From a virus: 64,000 nucleotides of DNA. Below the pieces are notes generated by a model. That model saw nothing but the letters and a program-made list of their open reading frames with translations. It ran no database searches and was not told where the DNA came from. The number at the start of each line of letters is the position of its first letter. Position 1 is the stretch's first letter. The stretch lies in the IMG/VR virus record IMGVR_UViG_3300019888_000002, positions 32,001 to 96,000 of that record; one strand, given 5' to 3'. Below are positions 15,273-24,474 of this stretch, one piece after another. Both the position numbers and the translations under genes were made by a program.

Positions 15273-17375
15273 TTAGCGTGTGGTCCGTCGCAGTGGGGTG
15301 AGCCCGGGCTGATCCCCTCCGGAGTGTCTCCCCGAGGACAGGTTCCGCAACCGGTCCCGCGCGCTCCCGGTATTCCAGCCTCGAGTTTGACCGATGGCGC
15401 TTTCCCGGAATTGACCCATCCGTTCCAGTTCATGGCCTGCCCGAAGCGCCGAGACGTTGGACGATCCGACAGACGGAGCGATACCGAGATTCTCCTCGTA
15501 CCATCGGTCCAGGCTGGCACCCAGAAGCTTGTCGGTGACCACCATCAAAGTGTCCGAAAGATCCTTGGTGGTGACCGGTCCGAAGTCTTGCTTGTCGACC
15601 TTTCCGTTGGGCTTCTTCTGAAGAAACTTCAGCTCCATTTCCAGCAGACTGCCGTCTTCCTCATCGAAGAAATTGTCCCGAAAAGAGTGCACCCAGCCAA
15701 GATTGATCGCAGTCTTGAAACGCTCGAACCGACTCTGGTTGTAGGCCGCATTGAAGTTCTCTTCGGAGATACGGATACGCGGGGAGTACTTCTTCCGCAG
15801 CGCTGCGATGAATCCGGCCGAGTTCCACTGGTCGAAGCTCATGTGCGTGGTCGAGGGAAAACGCTCCAGGATATCGTCCAGCTCTTCGCCGATCTCGACA
15901 TAGTCGACGGTGTGGTCCTCGAAATTCTCCGGTTTCCACACGTGCATGAAGTCGACCACGACATGGGGCCAGACGGTACCGTTCTTGTCGGCCGGACCGT
16001 CCTCGAGGTGGGCGATCGTGATGGCGAAATTGGCGTTGGTCGTAGAAGGGTCGACGTGGATGCGGTAGGGGATGTCCATCCGGCCACGCGAGACGGACTC
16101 GAGTACCCGGCCCTCGAACGGGTCGAAGATGGCCTCGACCTTGCGAGGGTTGAGGTAGGCGTCGAGTACCGAGGCGAACTGAGCCTTACGCTCGACCGCG
16201 AACTTGTCCGGGCTGGTCAGCTCGAGCCGTTTCATGCGCTCGTCGTACGCCTGAATCGGCCGTTTGATCTTCGGTCCGCCGAGGCTCTCGGACTTCTCGT
16301 AGTCCTCGTAGAGCCCCCAGCTCGGCAACTGGACCACCAACATCTCGGGGTTGGCGGTCAACTCCACCAGCCGCTGTGCCTGTTCGTCCCGGGTGGTGCC
16401 CAGCTCCTTGGCCGTCTTCATCTCGATACGATGGGTATCGGTCTCGGGATCGTAAGTGCTCATCAGCACCTGACCCTCTTTGTAGAGGCTGTACGCCTTA
16501 CCCGTCTTCGTGAACGGACTCGAGGGGATGTACGTCAGGGAGTCCTTGCCGAACTGATCCAGCGAGGGCTGGTACGCCTCGTAGATCTCCTCGCTCGACT
16601 TCTGTGACCCGGTACCGGACACCATATGTGCGAATTCGTCGTAGAAATTGGCAAAGCCCGTACCGCCACGGCCGGAGGACGAATTGGACGACATTGCCAC
16701 CACTCGTAACGAAGCCACCACATGGTCGATCGGCATCCTCTTGGCCCGCATGTAGGCCAACCGTCGGGAATCGGCCGGTGTCCGGATGGCCACCTCCGAA
16801 GCGCTGGAGAGGACCAGAGCGCGCTCGAGGTATTTACAGGATTCGATAGTCTCCCGGATATCGGCGAACTGGAACTTCTTGGCCTGGTTCTGGCTGGTGG
16901 CCACCACCGAGGCATAGCCGTCCTTGCCCCGGGCGATGCCGTAATGCTCCTGCCAGTTGTCCAGGGAGTACATCTGAGCGACCTTCTCGGCCCCGAGAAC
17001 ACCCCCGATCAGACCTTTGGAGCCACGGCGGCCGACGAGCGACTCGATGTGCGGGAAATGCCGGTAGCCGCGCTCCTTGAGGTAATGCACACGCTCCCAG
17101 ATGTCCTCCTGGACGCCAGCGACCTCAGAGGTGTCCCTCCACCCCTCTCGCCACCCTTCGATCACGTCCACGTCGTACGCGGTCATGTTCTCGGTCTCGA
17201 GATAGATCAGCCGGAGCAGCGTGATCTGACGGGGGTAGAGCCGGAGCCCACAGAAGCTGGAGTGCGTGGCGAACGTGGTGATGTTGTCCCAGGGCAACGA
17301 GACGTCCTGATTCAGTTCGTTGTGGAACTCACTGATCAGATCGAACGGAGCTGTCGTCGTTCCGTTGCGGGGCAT
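15273..17375 (-). CDS. terL: Terminase large subunit
   Basis: Walker A-like GRRGSKG, Walker B NFYDEFAH, coupling motif SSP, RNase H-like nuclease IHVDPS...FDQWNS...DLSD. Confidence 0.9.
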   Translation of the reverse strand: MPRNGTTTAPFDLISEFHNELNQDVSLPWDNITTFATHSSFCGLRLYPRQITLLRLIYLETENMTAYDVDVIEGWREGWRDTSEVAGVQEDIWERVHYLKERGYRHFPHIESLVGRRGSKGLIGGVLGAEKVAQMYSLDNWQEHYGIARGKDGYASVVATSQNQAKKFQFADIRETIESCKYLERALVLSSASEVAIRTPADSRRLAYMRAKRMPIDHVVASLRVVAMSSNSSSGRGGTGFANFYDEFAHMVSGTGSQKSSEEIYEAYQPSLDQFGKDSLTYIPSSPFTKTGKAYSLYKEGQVLMSTYDPETDTHRIEMKTAKELGTTRDEQAQRLVELTANPEMLVVQLPSWGLYEDYEKSESLGGPKIKRPIQAYDERMKRLELTSPDKFAVERKAQFASVLDAYLNPRKVEAIFDPFEGRVLESVSRGRMDIPYRIHVDPSTTNANFAITIAHLEDGPADKNGTVWPHVVVDFMHVWKPENFEDHTVDYVEIGEELDDILERFPSTTHMSFDQWNSAGFIAALRKKYSPRIRISEENFNAAYNQSRFERFKTAINLGWVHSFRDNFFDEEDGSLLEMELKFLQKKPNGKVDKQDFGPVTTKDLSDTLMVVTDKLLGASLDRWYEENLGIAPSVGSSNVSALRAGHELERMGQFRESAIGQTRGWNTGSARDRLRNLSSGRHSGGDQPGLTPLRRTTR

Positions 17376-17403
17376 TCGTTGTTTGTACCACTTCCGTGCT
17401 AGA

Positions 17404-18051
17404 TCAGGAGACAGGTGTCGGCGAGGAATCCCCCGGTGAAGTGCTTTCCACCGGGCTCGGCGCTGGTGACAGCGTTGCCACTGTCACCGAGGTCTGCTCG
17501 GGAGTGGTGACGACGGTGGTTGTGGCTTGAGTGGTCTGAACAGTGCTCTGCTCGGGTGGGGACGTTGTCTCTGTGGTGGTGACGACCGGAGGGGGCGACG
17601 ATCTCGTCACCGTGCTCGAGGTGGGCACCGAGACCGAACTACCAGTCTGTTGCGGAGGAAGGGGAGGTGGGGGAGACAGCGAACTGCTGCCCCCACCGAG
17701 CACGACACACGCCGGTCCGGAGATCACCTCGGCGAGGCATCCGTTGTAGACCTTCACGTCTTCGGCCGTGGACAGCCTCGAGCGAGGATCATCCGGAGGG
17801 AAAGCGTTCGGGTTCAGGGCTACCGGGTTCCCGTCGGGGTTGAGGACATCGGGACGACGCGCTGCCGACGGGGGAACTGTGGTTGTGGTGGGGGAGGGCC
17901 GGACCTTGGTGCCATCCGAGGAATCGTTCGCCGGAGGCGAGTAGCTGAAGACGAAGACGATCAGCATGACGAAGAGTAACGAGAAACTCCCCACCACCCA
18001 GATCACCAACCATGGGCTGACAGGGGGTGTCGACTCCTTCTCCGGGATCAC
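17404..18051 (-). CDS. Membrane-anchored Pro/Thr/Ser-rich protein
   Basis: N-terminal TM (WLVIWVVGSFSLLFVMLIVFVF), CxxxxxxxxxC pair, long P/T/S-rich tail. Confidence 0.7.
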   Translation of the reverse strand: MIPEKESTPPVSPWLVIWVVGSFSLLFVMLIVFVFSYSPPANDSSDGTKVRPSPTTTTVPPSAARRPDVLNPDGNPVALNPNAFPPDDPRSRLSTAEDVKVYNGCLAEVISGPACVVLGGGSSSLSPPPPLPPQQTGSSVSVPTSSTVTRSSPPPVVTTTETTSPPEQSTVQTTQATTTVVTTPEQTSVTVATLSPAPSPVESTSPGDSSPTPVS

Positions 18052-18061
18052 AAACCTCGCC

Positions 18062-18667
18062 TCAGTCGCAGTGGATATCCGGGATCGGGTGGTCCTTCTG
18101 GTCCTGCGTCAACGCTGTCCGCTGTTGGCCCGTCGCCAGAGTATCGGTGTGGTATCGGTCGAACAGCGCTCTTATCTCGGCCTGAGCGTCCTGTCTTCCC
18201 AGGTAGGGGATGACTCCGAAGACGAGAGCCGAGATGTTCTGGGCGTCCTGAGCGTTGACCATGTTGATCCTGGCGTCGATCGACTGTTGTGCGATAAGCG
18301 CGACCTTGACCTCCTGATTGCACGCGGCCTGCGCTTGCACGCTGTTGCTTTGCCGGTTGAGGGCGAAGCCGCTGATCACGATCGAGACCGCCGAGATGAT
18401 CAGAATGATCACCAGCATTGCCGTCTGGCCGTTCTCCCACCTCCGAGTTTTCGCCTGCAATTCGCCGGTCAGTATCTCCGCCGCGCGAGTCTCCTTCTCG
18501 GAGGCCCGGGTTTCCTTCTCCGAGGCCCGAGTCTGTGTCTCGGAGGCCCGAGTCTCCTGCTCCGAGGCCCGAGTCTGCGCCTCCGATGCGCGGGCTGTCT
18601 GGTCCGACATCTTCTGCCGCAACCTGTCCTCTTCGTTGAACACAAATCCGCCTTCTTCATTCGTCAT
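18062..18667 (-). CDS. Lysis-cassette membrane protein with cytoplasmic heptad repeats
   Basis: (RASExxT)n coiled coil, one TM, then AQAACNQE...HPIPDIHCD. Confidence 0.7.
   Translation of the reverse strand: MTNEEGGFVFNEEDRLRQKMSDQTARASEAQTRASEQETRASETQTRASEKETRASEKETRAAEILTGELQAKTRRWENGQTAMLVIILIISAVSIVISGFALNRQSNSVQAQAACNQEVKVALIAQQSIDARINMVNAQDAQNISALVFGVIPYLGRQDAQAEIRALFDRYHTDTLATGQQRTALTQDQKDHPIPDIHCD
18482..18597. repeat. 21-bp imperfect tandem repeat (about 5.5 copies) encoding RASExxT heptads
   Basis: Recurring gaggcccgagt units every 21 nt. Confidence 0.85.
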
Positions 18668-18682
18668 TTACGGAGCACCCTG

Positions 18683-19216
18683 CTATTGAGGTGGCTGAGC
18701 GTAGTTCGGCGTGATCTTGAGTCGGGCCACGTACGAAATCGCCGTCTGGATGACCGTCTTCGCGACCAGGATCGCCAACACGCTCCACGCGGCCTTGTTG
18801 AAGAAATCGAAGCCCGTCCCCGACGTCAGCACGAGGCCGAACACCGACAGCAACGCGAACCCGATGTCGATGCCGAGGCCCTGCACGAACGTGCGGAAGC
18901 TCCGGTTCCTGGCCGACGCGATGGTCAGCTCCTTGCCGGTGACCGTGGTCCCGGTGATGTTCGGGACGACGCCGGGAAGCCCCTGTCCGGTCAACTCACC
19001 CATGCCGACCTGCTGCACGTAGCCAGCCACCTGAGCCTGAAGAGCCGGTTGCTGCGCCTTGATCTCGTCGCGTGCCGCCGTGGCGGCCTCCGCGCGGACG
19101 GATTCCCAGAATGAGACCTTGCCCTCGCCGGGTATGTGCTGCCCCGGTGTGTCGGGATTGGCCACACCGATCAGCTCGGGAGGCGGAGAAGGTGTCGAAT
19201 CCTTCGGCGTGCTCAT
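18683..19216 (-). CDS. Holin
   Basis: RNRSFRTFVQGLGIDIGFALL...AWSVLAILVAKTVIQTAISY, a typical actinophage 2-TM holin; directly downstream of the lysins. Confidence 0.7.
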   Translation of the reverse strand: MSTPKDSTPSPPPELIGVANPDTPGQHIPGEGKVSFWESVRAEAATAARDEIKAQQPALQAQVAGYVQQVGMGELTGQGLPGVVPNITGTTVTGKELTIASARNRSFRTFVQGLGIDIGFALLSVFGLVLTSGTGFDFFNKAAWSVLAILVAKTVIQTAISYVARLKITPNYAQPPQ

Positions 19217-20553
19217 TTGGTCATCTCCTTCACTACGGCATCGTGTTCGGCCACCGTGAGCGGAGAACCTTTCTCGGCGGCCTTGCGCAGCAACGCGAGC
19301 ACGATGTTCAACTCACCGCGTGCGGACAGAATGTGGCCGAAGGCGTCGTCGTCCTGTGCCGGGGTGACGGGACGCTTGATCGTGCCCTCGCCCCACACCC
19401 TCAGCCGCTTGGTGGTCTTCCACAGCACCTTCGCGAATGCGCCACGCAGGCTGAGCTTGTCGCCCTGCTCGTTCTCCTGCAACGGCAGACCCGCGCTCGC
19501 CGACAACTCCGAGGCGATGTTCTGGAGAGATTCCTCTGCGGTCATGGTGGTGATTCCTTTCGATGGGGTTGCGTTCTGAGCTGGGGGTGCCACGACGCGA
19601 GGTAACGAACCCCGCACCTGCATGACGTGATAGGGATCGGCGTTGTCTCCCCACTGACTGATCGAATAATGCAGGTTGTCCATCGTGGAGAGCGGGTGAA
19701 AGAAGCCCCCGTAGAGCCGGGGGAACTGCACTCCGGTGGCGAGATCGTGCCGTGGTGCGGTGTAGGCGTTCCCGGTGGGTCCGTCGAGCACTCTGCCGGT
19801 GACCGCGTAGCGAGTGGGCTCGAATACCGAGATGACCCAGTTGCCCTCGATCTTGCGCCAGTGCGGCTCACCGAAAATTCCGGTGATGATGGGTGACGGT
19901 GGCCGTCCCCATTTCCAGTCCCGAGAATCCTTGTCGTAGCCCCAGCCCTCATAGGTGCTCAGGTCACTGAGCGACCCCACCGGAGCCCGCTGAATGAAGA
20001 GGCCATCGGCCAGGTGCCGTCCGTTCGACGTGGACAGGCAGTAGGCGTAGTTGCCGTCCACGATCCACGACTGCATCTGGAAGATGTCGCTGTGCACGAG
20101 GTTGTTGTTCCACAGCTTGTGATCGTCCCAGGTCTCGCCCCGGTCGGCCGAGAAGGCCAGGCCAGCGTAGTTCGTCTCCCAGGTGCCGTGATCCCAGTTG
20201 TTGACGCTCATGTAGCTCATGCAGAAGATGCCGTCGACCACGAACACGTCGGTCGGAATCTTGGTGACCTCGCCCTCGTACCACTTCTGATGCGCGTTCG
20301 GGAGTAGCTCCCTCCCTCCCGCCAGAGCCCGGTCGAAGGTGATACCGGAGTCGAGGTCCGTCGCGGTGGACACCAGACCCACCGGAGAACGCCACCATCC
20401 CGGCCTGCCGACGTTGTCCTCGAACGAGTCGCCGAACAGGGCACCGAACTCGCCATTTCCCATGTCCCACCAGATACCAAGATCGGTACCGCCGAGACCC
20501 AAGGTCTTCGGCCTGACGTCACTGCCCACGAGGGTCTTGATCAGGTCGCTCAT
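19213..20553 (-). CDS. DUF4185 / GH183 endo-D-arabinanase-like protein with C-terminal ~110-aa domain
   Basis: GGTDLGIWWDMGNG..LFGDSF...WRSP...IPTDV...YMSVNNW...W.TNYAGLAFSAD.GETW is the DUF4185 signature. True start is ATG 20553 (ATGA overlap with LysA stop), not 21582. Confidence 0.85.
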   Translation of the reverse strand: MSDLIKTLVGSDVRPKTLGLGGTDLGIWWDMGNGEFGALFGDSFEDNVGRPGWWRSPVGLVSTATDLDSGITFDRALAGGRELLPNAHQKWYEGEVTKIPTDVFVVDGIFCMSYMSVNNWDHGTWETNYAGLAFSADRGETWDDHKLWNNNLVHSDIFQMQSWIVDGNYAYCLSTSNGRHLADGLFIQRAPVGSLSDLSTYEGWGYDKDSRDWKWGRPPSPIITGIFGEPHWRKIEGNWVISVFEPTRYAVTGRVLDGPTGNAYTAPRHDLATGVQFPRLYGGFFHPLSTMDNLHYSISQWGDNADPYHVMQVRGSLPRVVAPPAQNATPSKGITTMTAEESLQNIASELSASAGLPLQENEQGDKLSLRGAFAKVLWKTTKRLRVWGEGTIKRPVTPAQDDDAFGHILSARGELNIVLALLRKAAEKGSPLTVAEHDAVVKEMTK

Positions 20554-22124
20554 GGCAGGAACTGCCTCTCGATCAACTCGACCAATTTCTCCTCGATCGA
20601 AGTCACTGCCGGAGCCGGTGAAGAGGTCGGCGTAGCTCCTGGCGCGGACTGAGCAGGCGTTTCTCCTGGCGTCGGCGGTGCCTGAGCTGGCGCTGCGATA
20701 GATACCGGCGCGGGAGCCAGACTCGGCGCTGCATCGTTGACACCCCACGCCGACAGCCACACATGCAGCGGCATCTTGGAAACATTCATGTCGGTAGGAC
20801 CGAATGGAGCGGTGTCTTCGGAGTCGGTGTACTGATGACCGAATATCGGGTCCGGGCTGTCGGGCTCGTTGTCGGCCCCGTTGTAGGCAGGCACGACGAG
20901 CTTGATGCCGTTGGGCCTTGTTTGCCACAACTCCGCGTTGGAGTTGAAGTTGAGGTATCCCGCCGTCGCCTGTGGGTTCTTGAAATAGTCGTTGATCTTC
21001 GAGATCAGCTCGTTGACCTCCGCGCTCTGGTCGCCGGAGATGCCCCACTTGGCCCCGCCGTCTTCGACGTCGACCATCGCGCACAATTCGGCGAACACCC
21101 CACCTGTTTGCGTGATGACCCCGGTGAACGTGCCGAGGTTGTCGACTCCTGGAACGAAGAAGTGATAGCCGATGACCTTCTGGAGCTTCCCCCTCGATAC
21201 GGCATCGCGTGCCTTCTGCATCTGCTCGACAGCGTGCTCGTCCACGGTATCGCCGATGGAGAGCCGGAACGCGATGACCGGATAGGGGTAGGAATCGTCC
21301 AGGAAGGCGTCCTGATACTGGCTGTAGTCGCCCCACTTGACCACGACCGGCTCGGGGTCCGAGATAACGGAGAGCGGGGCCTTGAGTCGCCAACCGTCCT
21401 TGATGACCGCGTCCCATTCCCACGATCCGACGTGACCGTGCGGTGCCCAGCCCTTGTCGAGCTGAAGCAGAGTCGCGGCCTTCGAGGTGGCACCGTCGTT
21501 CCATTTCTTGGTGACCGGCAGACCGAGAGCCTCCTGCCAGCGGCCCAAGCCATCCTTGGCCGCCTGCGAATCTCCACGCCACTCACCCGAGACGGACTCG
21601 TCGGGACCATCCTGCGGCCCGTAGTAATAACCGAGCGGTAGCGGAAACTCGTTGGGGTCCGCAGCGGCCCAGATGTTGAGGTAGCCACCCTGTAGCTTCG
21701 CGGCGAACGGAGCGATCTGTTCCGCGTTGCCCTGAATCTGGAAGTGCATTTCGTCGGGACGATCCCAATCCCGGCCCCAGAACACCGTGCCCTCGAACAG
21801 TGCGAGACCGACACGAATCTTGTCGATCATCCACTGCGGCATGGTGTATTCCTGCCAGGGCCACTGACTGGAGTTGATGTCCATCGCGGTGCCCGAGAGG
21901 TGGTTGGAATTCCAGACGGTATTCGTCCGACTCCAACCCCATTCGTCGCGCTCACCTTGATCTATCGGTGCGACGTTGCGGTGATACCAGGCTGCGAACC
22001 CCTTGAGAATGGTGGTGACATCACCCTGAAGAATCTCGCAGACAGCATTGGTGCCGGGAATCAGTCCCCGATCCAACACATCGGAATCGCATTGATCCCA
22101 ACCGTTCTCGGTCACAATAGTCAC
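20550..22124 (-). CDS. lysA: Endolysin (Lysin A): M15 peptidase, PG-binding-like linker, GH25 muramidase
   Basis: ENGW...SNHLSGTAMDIN...WG.DW.RPDEMHFQI (M15); GDYSQYQ...GYHFF...MVDVEDGG (GH25). Confidence 0.9.
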   Translation of the reverse strand: MTIVTENGWDQCDSDVLDRGLIPGTNAVCEILQGDVTTILKGFAAWYHRNVAPIDQGERDEWGWSRTNTVWNSNHLSGTAMDINSSQWPWQEYTMPQWMIDKIRVGLALFEGTVFWGRDWDRPDEMHFQIQGNAEQIAPFAAKLQGGYLNIWAAADPNEFPLPLGYYYGPQDGPDESVSGEWRGDSQAAKDGLGRWQEALGLPVTKKWNDGATSKAATLLQLDKGWAPHGHVGSWEWDAVIKDGWRLKAPLSVISDPEPVVVKWGDYSQYQDAFLDDSYPYPVIAFRLSIGDTVDEHAVEQMQKARDAVSRGKLQKVIGYHFFVPGVDNLGTFTGVITQTGGVFAELCAMVDVEDGGAKWGISGDQSAEVNELISKINDYFKNPQATAGYLNFNSNAELWQTRPNGIKLVVPAYNGADNEPDSPDPIFGHQYTDSEDTAPFGPTDMNVSKMPLHVWLSAWGVNDAAPSLAPAPVSIAAPAQAPPTPGETPAQSAPGATPTSSPAPAVTSIEEKLVELIERQFLP

Positions 22125-22215
22125 GCGATATCCACCCTCTCTCGGTCTGCCCTTCTCTCTTTCTCGGGAGTTAGTGAGCAGATCACATCAGCTCCCTCGA
22201 ACGACACACCCTCTG

Positions 22216-22962
22216 TCAACCGATCTTCACGAGATACACCACTGCCGTTACCAGGTACCCGGTAGCGCCGAAGGTCACCGACGTCCCCGAATTGTTGAAC
22301 GGCTCCACGATGTTCAACGAAATATTCGGGGTACTGGCCCCCGAATACGAAGTCGGCGGATTACCGGACTGAGATGTGATGTCCGGGGCCGGATGAAGCG
22401 AGACCGCCTGATATCCGTTGTAGGCGAAACCCCAACCGAACCCGATCAAGGTGCCGCTGAGCCTGGCTTCGAGACAGGGCCTGGTCGAGCCCGCCCCGCT
22501 GATGATCGCCGAGGCGAAGATGAGCGGTCGCCAGGAGAATCCGGGAGCCGAGAGAGTCCAGTTCGCGATGGTGAAGGAACCACCCTGTCCGGCCGTACCC
22601 GTCGTGCGGGAGGTCGTACCGAACGGACCCTGAATGTTCCCCGCCCCGAACGCGGGAATCTGCGCAACGGGAATCTTGGAACCGGAATCGAGACTGGCGA
22701 CCCCGTTGGCGGCCGCCTTCTGCGCATTGGGAATCAGCAATCCGTCTTGTTGCTGGTAATAAGCGGGGGTGGCAGCATTGTTGTCTGCGGCGTCCACATA
22801 ATCCGTACGCGCGAGCCCGGTGACCCCGGTAGCCACCTTGTTGTCGACATAGGAACGCTGGGTCCCTCCGGCAAAAGTATTGTCGATAGCAAGGCGTCTG
22901 GTGATGTCGGTAGTCGCAGTGGGAGCCTTACCTGTGTACTTTAACGAAGACGTTTCACTCAC
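22216..22962 (-). CDS. Minor tail protein
   Basis: SLKYTGK...YVD..D repeats; paralogous with the next two ORFs. Confidence 0.7.
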   Translation of the reverse strand: MSETSSLKYTGKAPTATTDITRRLAIDNTFAGGTQRSYVDNKVATGVTGLARTDYVDAADNNAATPAYYQQQDGLLIPNAQKAAANGVASLDSGSKIPVAQIPAFGAGNIQGPFGTTSRTTGTAGQGGSFTIANWTLSAPGFSWRPLIFASAIISGAGSTRPCLEARLSGTLIGFGWGFAYNGYQAVSLHPAPDITSQSGNPPTSYSGASTPNISLNIVEPFNNSGTSVTFGATGYLVTAVVYLVKIG

Positions 22963-22968
22963 CTCCCT

Positions 22969-23712
22969 TTACAGCGACGGCAGTAGTAGCGCATAGAAAA
23001 TGAAACCTGTGCTCTGGAAATAAAAGGTTCCACTCCCGGAATACAGCGACAGCCACAATTCCAGTGTCCTTCCGCCACTCAGTCCATAAGCCGCCTGTGC
23101 AGCCGCTGCGTACGGCATGACCTGGTAGCTCTGAATATTGGTGTTGTCCCCGGTAACACCTACGCCAGTCCACCCGTTGTTCGAGGGGTCGAGAATGACA
23201 CCCTGGCCCCAATTGCCTGCCGCCGAGGCGAACCCTCGCAACGTGGCGAACGAGAACATCACATACGGCCAACCGGGATCGGGAACCGTCAGGCTGGCTG
23301 CCCGATAGGTCTTCGTCGTCGTACTGGACACCCCTTGCGTACCGCTGAGATATTGCGTTCCGGTGGCGGCAACAACTATGGAGCGGTCGGGTATGGACGT
23401 TGGCACCTGCGCGGCCGGGACCAGATTGTCCGCGCCGAGGGACGCTATGCCGCTCGCGGCTCCGCGCGCCGTCGCCAGGAGATATCCGTTGTCCGCCGTG
23501 TCGACTGCGGTCTTCTTGGCCTTGGTGTTGTCCTGGGTGTCGACATAGGTCTTGAGCGCGAGAACGCCGGTTTGCGCTGCCACAGCCGAATTGACGTACG
23601 CCTGATTGACACCGGTCGTGGCGAATCGATCGTCTACGGTCTGTTTACTCGAGATCGAAAAGTCGGAATCGGCTGCTTTCCCGACATATTTAAGTGACGA
23701 CGTTTCACTCAC
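22969..23712 (-). CDS. Minor tail protein
   Basis: MSETSSLKYVGK N-terminus nearly identical to the neighbour; GIASLG...VP..Q.P fibre motif. Confidence 0.7.
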   Translation of the reverse strand: MSETSSLKYVGKAADSDFSISSKQTVDDRFATTGVNQAYVNSAVAAQTGVLALKTYVDTQDNTKAKKTAVDTADNGYLLATARGAASGIASLGADNLVPAAQVPTSIPDRSIVVAATGTQYLSGTQGVSSTTTKTYRAASLTVPDPGWPYVMFSFATLRGFASAAGNWGQGVILDPSNNGWTGVGVTGDNTNIQSYQVMPYAAAAQAAYGLSGGRTLELWLSLYSGSGTFYFQSTGFIFYALLLPSL

Positions 23713-23715
23713 CCC

Positions 23716-24426
23716 TCACGAAGGTATGGCCATCACGTAGAAATACGGCTTGTAGGTCGACACTGTCACCTGACCATTGCTCCCGCCTTGATACAGCGTC
23801 ACATAGAGCGTCGTCGCGCCGGTCTTGATCGTCTGTCCGTTCACGTTGTACGGCTCCACGTTCACACCTGTCCAGTACGTCGCATCGGCTGGCCCCCACC
23901 CCTGCGCTATCAGCTGTCCACCGGAACTGCCGACCCGAACCTCGATGACGGGATAGGTGGAGATATCGGCGGAGTGCACCTCATGACTGGCAAAACACAG
24001 CAACCTGTACGAATAGCCAGGGTCGCTGATCGCACAGGTGTAGAGGACTGTCGTTCCGCTGTAAACATCGACGTTCGAGCCGGGGTAGGACGAAGGACTC
24101 CAGAACAGTCGGTTGTTGCGTTGCGTGACCGTGACGTTGAGCTTGCTGGCCAACACCTTGCCGGTCGCGCCAAGCCCAGGGACCCCGTTCGCCACATCCT
24201 TCTGCGCGAGCTTGAGCCGGAGGTTGTCCTGACTGTCGACATAACTCGTCGTCGCGTTGAGCGCGTCCTGACTGTCCACATAGGTCTTCGCGGCATACGG
24301 GGCGAGCTGGCTGTTGACCGAGGTATCGACCTGCGCCTGGGTCAGAGCCGTAGCCTGGACGGAATCCACATAGGATTTCCTGGCGATCGTCTTGGCGACA
24401 TCGACAGACTTGCCGACATATCTCAA
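23716..24426 (-). CDS. Minor tail protein
   Basis: RYVGK...KSYVD...YVDSQD repeats; GVPGLG motif. Confidence 0.7.
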   Translation of the reverse strand: MRYVGKSVDVAKTIARKSYVDSVQATALTQAQVDTSVNSQLAPYAAKTYVDSQDALNATTSYVDSQDNLRLKLAQKDVANGVPGLGATGKVLASKLNVTVTQRNNRLFWSPSSYPGSNVDVYSGTTVLYTCAISDPGYSYRLLCFASHEVHSADISTYPVIEVRVGSSGGQLIAQGWGPADATYWTGVNVEPYNVNGQTIKTGATTLYVTLYQGGSNGQVTVSTYKPYFYVMAIPS

Positions 24427-24474
24427 GGTGCTGATCTCACTCGCCTCCCGTCACTCGACACGAAACCCTCATTG

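Noticed and set aside
15273-17375. Intein or intron in terminase or portal
   Set aside because: No C/S...HN splice motifs or LAGLIDADG/HNH segments; the extra length comes from low-complexity insertions and tails.
20554-21582. N-terminal 343 aa of the 789-aa track ORF 19213..21582
   Set aside because: It overlaps LysA in another frame, is Arg/Gly-rich junk, and the DUF4185 domain begins right after ATG 20553, which is coupled to the LysA stop.
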